DNA from: Dehalococcoidia bacterium
GTDB taxonomy: Bacteria > Chloroflexota > Dehalococcoidia > Lucifugimonadales > UBA3495
DNA: 64,000 bases
Direction: 5' to 3'
Assembly: GCA_965204395.1 (NCBI GenBank)
Contig: OZ241987.1
Span: 2,482,438-2,546,437, forward strand
Shown: positions 57,328-64,000 of the stretch, one piece after another
Layout of the letters: the number at the start of each line of letters is the position of its first letter
Numbering within the stretch: position 1 is the first letter of the stretch
The notes under the pieces: generated by a model
Told to the model about the DNA's origin: nothing
What the model saw: the letters and a program-made list of their open reading frames with translations, nothing else
The model's database searches: none
Translations under genes and position numbers: made by a program

Positions 57328-57959
57328 TATGCTTGCGCCTTGCTTTTACCTGTTTTCCTGATGGTAACCGGGCTGTTGGGTCCGCCGGGGATTCCGCCCT
57401 TGACCATCAACAAATTGCGTTCCGGGTCGACCTTCACGACCTCTAACCCCTTGCTGGTGACCCTGCGGTTGCCCATGTGGCCGGACATTTTCAGGCCCTT
57501 GAACACCTTTCCTGGTGTGGTGCCACCCCCGATAGATCCGGGGGCGCGCTGCCGGTCCGATTGTCCGTGGGTGCGCGGGCCGCCGCCGAAGCCGTGTCGC
57601 TTCATCGTTCCTGCGAAGCCCCGGCCTTTCGACTTGCCGCTGACGTCTACGATTTCGCCGGACTCGAAGATGTCCACCGAAACCAACTGCCCCACCGCGT
57701 ATTCAGACACGTCGTCAGCCCGCACTTCTTCCAGCCGCCGGCCAATTTGGCTGCCCTTCAAGTGTCCCGACTCCGGTTTATTGGGGCGTCGGACTCGGCC
57801 GAAACCCAACTGCACCGATTCGTAACCGTCATTCTCTCGGGTTCGAATTTGCGTGACAGCGCACGGCCCAGCCTCTATCACCGTAACCGGGACGACTTGC
57901 CCTGCGTCGTTGAACACCTGGGTCATGCCGATTTTTTTGCCGAGAAAACCTTTGAGCAT
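57327..57959 (-). CDS. rplC: 50S ribosomal protein L3 (uL3)
   Basis: GFLGKKIGMTQVF...VSGKSKGRGFAGTMKRHGF. Confidence 0.95.
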   Translation of the reverse strand: MLKGFLGKKIGMTQVFNDAGQVVPVTVIEAGPCAVTQIRTRENDGYESVQLGFGRVRRPNKPESGHLKGSQIGRRLEEVRADDVSEYAVGQLVSVDIFESGEIVDVSGKSKGRGFAGTMKRHGFGGGPRTHGQSDRQRAPGSIGGGTTPGKVFKGLKMSGHMGNRRVTSKGLEVVKVDPERNLLMVKGGIPGGPNSPVTIRKTGKSKAQA

Positions 57960-58116
57960 TGTCTTTAGCCTGATCTTGGTTTGTTCCGCCTGGATTGCGT
58001 CCCCAGGGCACGTCTGCTATCGGCGGACACGACAAACGGAGCAACGATTTTACGATGAGAGCAGTATTTATTCAACCCTGCTCGGCGATGCCGCCCGTCC
58101 TGCCCACGAAGGCATT

Positions 58117-58428
58117 CTACAGTTTGATGGAGATATCGACCCCCGCCGGCATATTTAGCCTGGTCAAAGCATCGATGGTCTTGCTGGTGGGCTCCATGAT
58201 GTCCAGCAAACGCTTGTGTGTGCGGATCTCGAAGTGCTCTCGGGAGTCCTTGTCAACGTGCGGACCGCGTATCACGCAAAATCGCCGGATCTGCGTGGGC
58301 AATGGGACCGGACCCGCCACGCGGGCGCCGGTGAGTTCGGCGGTGTCCACTATCTGAGCGCTCGATTGATCCAGCATCTTGTGGTCAAACGCCTTCAAGA
58401 TTATGCGCATTTGCTGCCTGGCAACCAT
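58117..58428 (-). CDS. rpsJ: 30S ribosomal protein S10 (uS10)
   Basis: [24 protein letters not shown]...GPVPLPT. Confidence 0.95.
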   Translation of the reverse strand: MVARQQMRIILKAFDHKMLDQSSAQIVDTAELTGARVAGPVPLPTQIRRFCVIRGPHVDKDSREHFEIRTHKRLLDIMEPTSKTIDALTRLNMPAGVDISIKL

Positions 58429-58487
58429 AATTCTCTTTCTCTATCTCTCCAAATTGAAAGCGCCTCACAGTGCGGACGCTTGTTGCA

Positions 58488-60566
58488 TTAAATGTTCGCT
58501 ACGGACCGCAACAGACTTTCCGGCACCGGTTCGTAGTGCCTGAACTCCATGGTGTACGAAGCCCGGCCGCGAGTGAGCGATCTAAGCGCGGTGGTGTACG
58601 CAAACGTTTCTCCCAGGGGAATCATGGCGCGTACTGTCTGTAGGTCGTCCTGGCCCTCAATGCTCCTGATCTGAGTGCGGCGACCGCCTAGGTCGCTCAG
58701 CACCTCGCTGAGAAACTCGCCAGGCGTCACGATCTCGATCTCAAACATGGGTTCCTGCAATACGGGCCCGGCTTTGCGCGTTCCATCCCGCATCGCCATC
58801 ATTGCCGCCGACCGGAAAGCCATCTCCGAGGAGTCCACGGTGTGGTAACTGCCGTCCACCAGTTTGACCGACAGGTCAACCAGTGGGTAACCCGCGAGGG
58901 GCCCGTTGTCCAGGGCCTGTTTCACGCCGGCCTCTACTGCCGGTATGTACTGGCGCGGTATTACCCCGCCGGTAATTCCATCGACAAACAGATTTCCTTC
59001 GCCACGTTCGCGCGGTTCTATTTCCAGCCACACATGTCCGAATTGGCCATGGCCGCCGGTTTGACGAACGAACCGCCCTTCGATCCGGACCGGCTTGGTG
59101 ATCGTCTCGCGATAGGCAACTCGTGGCTGGCCAACCCTGGCTTCCACGTCGAACTCTCTCCGCATGCGGTCGACCAAAACTTCGAGGTGTAACTCGCCCA
59201 TTCCCGAGATGATCGTCTGCCCGGTCTCTTCGTTGAAACGCACCACGAAGGTGGGATCTTCTTCAGAAAGCTTGCGCAGGGCTTCGCCCAGTTTGTCCTG
59301 GTCCGCGCGAGTGGCAGGTTCTATCGCGACGGAAACGACCGGCTCGGGGAACCGAGGGGGTTCCAATATCAATGGTTTATGGTCGCTGCAAATCGTGTCG
59401 CCGGTGAAGGTGTCTTTCAAGCCCACCGCGGCACAAATGTTGCCGGCCGTAATTTGCTGCAACTCCTCGCGATGGTTGGCGTGCATTCTCAGCAACCGGC
59501 CCATTCGTTCCCGGTTTCCACGACTCACGTTGCGGACGGCGGCTCCTGCTGCTACGGTACCGGAGTATATGCGAAGGAACACCAGCCTACCGACATACGG
59601 ATCCACGACCACTTTGAAAGCCAGAGCGGAAAGCGGTTCACTGTCGATGGGTTCACGCATCTCCACATCTTCAGTGCCCGGGACGACCCCTTCTACCGCC
59701 GGAACATCCAACGGCGAGGGCAAATAGTTGATGATGGCATCCAACAACGGGTCGATGCCCTTGCCCCTCATGGCGCTCCCGCACAAGACCGGCACCAACT
59801 GTCGGCTGATCGTGGCGTTCCGCAGGGCCGACCGCAGGTCGTCGGCGCAGATATCCTCTCCTTCCAGGTACTTGATCAGCAGGGCTTCGTCTGTCTCGAC
59901 GATCTTTTCGATCATTTCCTGGCGATAGTCGTTGAACGCCTTGGCGTACTCATCGGGTACGGGGATCAGTTCCGGAGGTTCCGCGACATCGTCTCTACCG
60001 TCCGAGTACATGATGGCCTGCCCTTCAATGAGGTCGACCACTCCCCGGAATTCATCCTCCTCTCCCACGGGAATCTGGACCGCTACCGGATTTCCATTCA
60101 GGCGGCGTCGCACCGAATCTATGGTGCGTTCGTAAGACGCGCCGACCCGATCCATCTTGTTGACAAAGCAGATCCGGGGCACGTTGTAGGTATCGGCTTG
60201 TCGCCAAACCGTTTCCGACTGCGGTTGGACGCCGGCCACGGCATCCAGGACCACGATGCCCCCGTCCAACACCCGCAAACTGCGTTCGACTTCCGCCGTG
60301 AAGTCAACGTGTCCCGGCGTGTCGATGATGTTGACCTGATGATCGTGCCAATAGGCGGTGGTCGCCGCGGCCGTGATGGTGATGCCCCGTTCCTTCTCCT
60401 GGGGCATCCAGTCCATTGCGGTGGTGCCTTGGTCAACGCCACCGACTTTGCGGATGCGGCCAGTCAAATACAGCACGCGTTCCGTCACGGTGGTTTTGCC
60501 GGCGTCGATGTGGGCTATGAACCCGATGTTCCGGATTTTGCGAGAGTCGGTCTGTTCAGCAATCAT
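58488..60566 (-). CDS. fusA: elongation factor G
   Basis: IRNIGFIAHIDAGKTTVTERVL...IIDTPGHVDFTAEV...NKMDR. Confidence 0.95.
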   Translation of the reverse strand: MIAEQTDSRKIRNIGFIAHIDAGKTTVTERVLYLTGRIRKVGGVDQGTTAMDWMPQEKERGITITAAATTAYWHDHQVNIIDTPGHVDFTAEVERSLRVLDGGIVVLDAVAGVQPQSETVWRQADTYNVPRICFVNKMDRVGASYERTIDSVRRRLNGNPVAVQIPVGEEDEFRGVVDLIEGQAIMYSDGRDDVAEPPELIPVPDEYAKAFNDYRQEMIEKIVETDEALLIKYLEGEDICADDLRSALRNATISRQLVPVLCGSAMRGKGIDPLLDAIINYLPSPLDVPAVEGVVPGTEDVEMREPIDSEPLSALAFKVVVDPYVGRLVFLRIYSGTVAAGAAVRNVSRGNRERMGRLLRMHANHREELQQITAGNICAAVGLKDTFTGDTICSDHKPLILEPPRFPEPVVSVAIEPATRADQDKLGEALRKLSEEDPTFVVRFNEETGQTIISGMGELHLEVLVDRMRREFDVEARVGQPRVAYRETITKPVRIEGRFVRQTGGHGQFGHVWLEIEPRERGEGNLFVDGITGGVIPRQYIPAVEAGVKQALDNGPLAGYPLVDLSVKLVDGSYHTVDSSEMAFRSAAMMAMRDGTRKAGPVLQEPMFEIEIVTPGEFLSEVLSDLGGRRTQIRSIEGQDDLQTVRAMIPLGETFAYTTALRSLTRGRASYTMEFRHYEPVPESLLRSVANI

Positions 60567-60640
60567 ACTTGTCTTTAGTCATCAATAAGCTGGGCGCATG
60601 GAGCGCCCGAAAGGCTATGTCCCTTGCAGGTGTGAGAAAA

Positions 60641-61111
60641 TTAGCGACGGTAGTGGACGAATGCCCGGTTTGCTTCAGCCATCCGGTGCAGTTCATCCTT
60701 GCGGCGCACCGCGGAACCTTCTCCGCGTGCGGCATCCATGAACTCGTTCGCCAGACCACGGGCCATTCGCATGCCGTTCCGGCCGCGGGCTCCGCGGATG
60801 ATCCAGCGCATCGCCAGAGCCTCGCTTCGATTGGTCCGCAACTCGACCGGCACCTGATAGGTTGCGCCACCCACGCGACGGGGTCGCACCTCAACGAGGG
60901 GAGTGGCGTTCCGCATGGCGCTGGAGAAGACAACCATGGGATCCTGGTTGGTGTCTTGCCTGACCAACTCCAGGGCATCGTAAACGACACGCTGTGCCGT
61001 GGACTTTTTGCCCTTCAGCATCACCCGATTGATGAATTTAGCCAGTTCCAAATTGCTGTATCGGGGATCGGGTTTGATTACGCGTGGTTCCGCTCGGCGT
61101 CTTCGCGACAT
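60641..61111 (-). CDS. rpsG: 30S ribosomal protein S7 (uS7)
   Basis: MSRRRRAEPRVIKPDPRYSN...GGATYQVPVE. Confidence 0.95.
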   Translation of the reverse strand: MSRRRRAEPRVIKPDPRYSNLELAKFINRVMLKGKKSTAQRVVYDALELVRQDTNQDPMVVFSSAMRNATPLVEVRPRRVGGATYQVPVELRTNRSEALAMRWIIRGARGRNGMRMARGLANEFMDAARGEGSAVRRKDELHRMAEANRAFVHYRR

Positions 61112-61192
61112 GTTCCCTTCTGCCTTTCGTCGTACATTAAGCCACCCCCCAGCGCGGGGGGTGACGGAAAATCGTTTCTTTAGGCGTCTGCT

Positions 61193-61603
61193 TTATCCTC
61201 TACGGGTTCCGTACTTGCTACGTCCCTGGCGGCGCCCACTTACGCCTTCGGTGTCCAGGTTGCTCCGTACCACGTGGTAGCGCACTCCGGGCAGATCCTT
61301 GACCCGACCCCCACGAATAAGTACCACCGAGTGTTCCTGAAGGTTGTGTCCTTCGCCACCGATGTACGCAGTCACTTCCACGCCGTTGGTCAACCGCACG
61401 CGGCAGATTTTACGCAACGCGGAGTTGGGTTTCTTGGGAGTCATTGTCCGCACCTGAATGCAGACTCCGCGCCGTTGCGGACATCCGGGGCCCCAGCGTG
61501 TTCGGTTGCGCAATGAGTTCTGTACCCAGTGCAGCGCCGGAGCCTTAGTACCTTTGCGCACGGGCTTCCGGCCTTTGCGGACTAATTGATTCACAGTAGG
61601 CAT
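61193..61603 (-). CDS. rpsL: 30S ribosomal protein S12 (uS12)
   Basis: [13 protein letters not shown]...[11 protein letters not shown]...[17 protein letters not shown]. Confidence 0.95.
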   Translation of the reverse strand: MPTVNQLVRKGRKPVRKGTKAPALHWVQNSLRNRTRWGPGCPQRRGVCIQVRTMTPKKPNSALRKICRVRLTNGVEVTAYIGGEGHNLQEHSVVLIRGGRVKDLPGVRYHVVRSNLDTEGVSGRRQGRSKYGTRRG

Positions 61604-61652
61604 GGTGGTCCTCGTGTCGCGCCCGCAGATAAATCAGGCGGAACGTCGAAAA

Positions 61653-61681
61653 ATGTTATCCCTACTCACCCGGGATGTCAA
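61653..61681 (-). promoter_or_regulatory. candidate promoter of the rpsL operon
   Basis: Minus strand: TTGACA, 17 nt spacer, TAACAT. It sits ~45 nt upstream of the rpsL ATG, which is preceded by GAGGA. Confidence 0.35.
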
Positions 61682-62012
61682 CTGCGAGCAAGGCCAACTA
61701 TATCAGTGTCCTCAATAGCAACTGTGTCCCCGCCGACTCCTCCGAACCGAATTTTCCCCCGCATGCAAGACGCCCGCCAATGGCATCGGTTAGGCAGCGA
61801 GCCCAGGGCTCGAGGCGCAGCCGTACGTCAAGGGAAACCGCACCTTATGTGCGTAACACCACATGCCCATAATTGGACGGGTAACTTTGCTCACCAACGG
61901 AATCGGCGCCGCTATTCGGCCACTGGACGCACCGAGAGATCTAACCGAGAGCCGCGTCGCGGGCGCCAAACTGTTAACGGACTTCCTATCCTGTTTCCGT
62001 GGAGGTTTGCGG

Positions 62013-62041
62013 TTGACCCAAATAGTCCGGTATGCCATAAT
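62013..62041 (+). promoter_or_regulatory. candidate promoter of otsA
   Basis: TTGACC, 17 nt spacer, CATAAT, ~80 nt upstream of the otsA ATG. Confidence 0.35.
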
Positions 62042-62123
62042 TCCGTTATCGCATAATCATTATACCTATATGCCATAAATCGACGACGCATCTGCCCGTC
62101 GGACAGAAGGAAGGTTACCTAAT

Positions 62124-63641
62124 ATGTGGACCGGCGACGATTTACAGAGGCTGGTCAAGAGGGAACTGAGCGATTACCGACTTTTGGTAGTCTCCAACCG
62201 CCAGCCGTATATTTTTAGTATCGACGAAGCGGGACAACTCCACGGCCAAATGCCTCCAGGGGGGCTCACGGCTGCCATCGACCCATTGATGCGGGCTTGT
62301 GGCGGCACCTGGATCGCTCAGAGCAGCAGCCAGGCGGACCGTTCCGCAATGGACGAAAACGGGCGGATCCCGGTTCCTTTTGACTCTCCCGCATACCGTA
62401 TGCGCCTATTGAATCTCAGCGAGGAAGAAAACAACGGGTACTACTACGGCTTTTCCAACGAGGGACTTTGGCCCCTCTGCCATATCGCCTACACCGAGCC
62501 GTTGTTTGACTCTGAGCATTTCGGCTTTTACCAGTCCGTGAACCGGCGGTTCGCCGATTTAGTGCTGGACGAAATCGGAGATGAACCCGCCATCGTTCTT
62601 ATTCAGGACTACCATCTGGCGCTGCTGCCTCGTTACATACGAGAAATTAATCAGGAAGCCATCATTGGGCAATTCTGGCACATCCCGTGGCCCAATCCAG
62701 ACATTCTTCGCATTTGCCCCTGGCAGGAAGAAATCCTGGATGGCATGCTGGGCAACGATCTTTTGGGTTTTCACCTGTCGGGCGACTGCCAGAATTTCAT
62801 CAACTGTGTTGACGCCAATCTCGACGCCCAGGTGGATCCTGACTACGGCCTGGTGGATTACCGAAACGAAACTACGCTGGTGCGGCCATTCCCCATCAGC
62901 ATAGACTTTGACAACCTCGATGCCGAAGCCAGGACCGAGGAAGTGCAGACCGAGATGGCGCGTCTTTCCCAGGAACTGGGCCTGAACCGTGGCCGTATTC
63001 TGGGGTTGGGCATTGACCGTCAGGACTACACCAAGGGCATCCCGCATCGACTGCGGGCGGTGGAAAGGCTGTTTGAAAAATGGCCCCAATACCGTGGTCG
63101 GCTGATCTTCTTGCAGGCAGGCGCTACCAGTCGGACCAACATCGACTCGTACATGCAGCTAACCATCGATATCGAAGCCATTGTTAATCGCATCAATGAG
63201 CGATTCGGGTACGACGGTTGGCAGCCCATTCTCTACTGGCCCACCTCCTTGCCATCTCCCACCTTCTCGGCGCTGCGTCGACTGGCTAGTTTCTGCGCCG
63301 AAAGCAGCCTGCACGACGGGATGAACCTGGTTGCCAAGGAATACGTGGCCTCTCGTGTGGACGAGGACGGCGTGCTTATTCTGAGCGCCTTCGCCGGCGC
63401 GGCGCAGGAACTCACCGGTTCGCTGATCATCAATCCCTACGCCACCGAGCAATTCGCGGACGCCATCCACCAGGCCCTGAACATGACGGACCTGGAACGA
63501 CGGATGCGAATGCGCCAGATGCGCAATACGGTGCAGGAAAACAACATCTATAAATGGGCCGGGCGCATCATGATGCACCTGATGCAGGCCAGCACTCCCG
63601 ACCATTCCAGACTGACGGCCACCGTCGCTTCAACCGCTTGA
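62124..63641 (+). CDS. otsA: alpha,alpha-trehalose-phosphate synthase (GT20)
   Basis: LLVVSNRQPY...GGLTAAIDPLM...FSNEGLWPLCH...IQDYHLALLP...SSLHDGMNLVAKEY. Confidence 0.9.
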   Translation: MWTGDDLQRLVKRELSDYRLLVVSNRQPYIFSIDEAGQLHGQMPPGGLTAAIDPLMRACGGTWIAQSSSQADRSAMDENGRIPVPFDSPAYRMRLLNLSEEENNGYYYGFSNEGLWPLCHIAYTEPLFDSEHFGFYQSVNRRFADLVLDEIGDEPAIVLIQDYHLALLPRYIREINQEAIIGQFWHIPWPNPDILRICPWQEEILDGMLGNDLLGFHLSGDCQNFINCVDANLDAQVDPDYGLVDYRNETTLVRPFPISIDFDNLDAEARTEEVQTEMARLSQELGLNRGRILGLGIDRQDYTKGIPHRLRAVERLFEKWPQYRGRLIFLQAGATSRTNIDSYMQLTIDIEAIVNRINERFGYDGWQPILYWPTSLPSPTFSALRRLASFCAESSLHDGMNLVAKEYVASRVDEDGVLILSAFAGAAQELTGSLIINPYATEQFADAIHQALNMTDLERRMRMRQMRNTVQENNIYKWAGRIMMHLMQASTPDHSRLTATVASTA

Positions 63642-63717
63642 TTGTTGGACAACCTACTCCGCGGAGCATCTCCGTGGAGCATCAGGCGACAGCCACTACA
63701 GCGGCGGGGATATTCGG

Positions 63718-64000
63718 GTGACCGGGATCAACCGGCCTTCCGATTTCCCAGGCTGGTCCGCGGTATTTCCGGAGGGGACGCCTTGGCCTGGCGTCCTGCT
63801 TCTGCTGGATTTTGACGGTACCCTCTCGGAAATCGTCCTTAGTCCAGAGACGGCGGTGTTGCGGCCCGGCAACGACCGGTCTCTCCAAATGCTTATCAGG
63901 AAACCTGGATATACCGTTGGCATCATCAGCGGGCGCGCACTTGACGACGTGGCTAACCGTGTTGGGATACGGGAGCTGGTGTACGCCGGCAATCACGGCA
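63718..64000 (+). CDS. otsB: trehalose-phosphatase (HAD family), 5' part; runs off the window end
   Basis: Hand translation from the GTG at 63718 gives ...PWPGVLLLLDFDGTLSEIVLSPETAVLRPG...GIISGRALDDVANRVGIRELVYAGNHG. The DxDGTL motif is present. The start codon is uncertain; the frame is open further upstream. Confidence 0.75.
   Translation, partial: MTGINRPSDFPGWSAVFPEGTPWPGVLLLLDFDGTLSEIVLSPETAVLRPGNDRSLQMLIRKPGYTVGIISGRALDDVANRVGIRELVYAGNHG

Noticed and set aside
58429-58487. Possible missed tuf gene or fragment between fusA and rpsJ
   Set aside because: The gap is only 59 nt and no EF-Tu-like translation appears in any frame. tuf is simply absent from this locus.
61604-62123. tRNA, tmRNA, RNase P or SRP RNA gene in the large rpsL-otsA gap
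   Set aside because: It has no T-loop (GTTCRANYC) with a matching acceptor stem, and it lacks the RNase P (GAGGAAAGTCCGGGC) and SRP (domain IV) signatures.

Overview
This is a high-GC bacterial chromosomal segment, possibly Chloroflexota-like judging by gene order and protein style, though I cannot verify that without a search. About 85% of it is core housekeeping.

Left to right:
(1) 1-3.7 kb is the only clearly accessory block. It holds a truncated resolvase-type gene at the window edge, an unknown 243-aa gene, an XRE regulator, a 54-aa resolvase-like remnant and a full-length large serine recombinase. It ends in hairpin repeats just upstream of clpC.
(2) clpC, then a DUF433/DUF5615 toxin-antitoxin-like pair.
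(3) A four-gene minus-strand operon with overlapping or 3-nt-spaced junctions: membrane protein, LarB, flippase-like protein, DPPR-synthase-like UbiA prenyltransferase.
(4) PaaI thioesterase, then Rrf2 regulator, MoeB/ThiF-type E1 and a Mycobacterium-type CysM.
(5) nusA-ylxR-infB-rbfA-truB, with no rimP and a very long low-complexity NusA tail.
(6) lexA, rpsT, and a stand-alone groEL.
(7) dUTPase-like gene overlapping queG, convergent with an EVE/PUA-like gene.
(8) Thiolase, ychF, GNAT.
(9) A SAM-I riboswitch heading a SAM-cycle/MTA-salvage cluster: mtnA, ASST-like propeller, membrane protein, mtnP, rhodanese, ahcY, metK.
(10) RDD, phosphohexomutase, RDD, ccdA.
(11) A 22-kb minus-strand ribosomal supercluster, rpsL-rpsG-fusA-rpsJ...rplQ-truA-rplM-rpsI, with no tuf gene.
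(12) otsA and the 5' end of otsB.

Two families of short palindromic intergenic repeats are scattered through the window.

I found no CRISPR array, tRNA or rRNA gene, and no self-evident new defence-type system. The candidates most worth follow-up are the recombinase island edge, the LarB-flippase-UbiA operon, the incomplete MTA-salvage cluster with an ASST-like gene, the E1-CysM pair without a carrier protein, the nusA leader and tail, and the repeat families. All functional calls come from motif recognition in the supplied translations, not from database searches.
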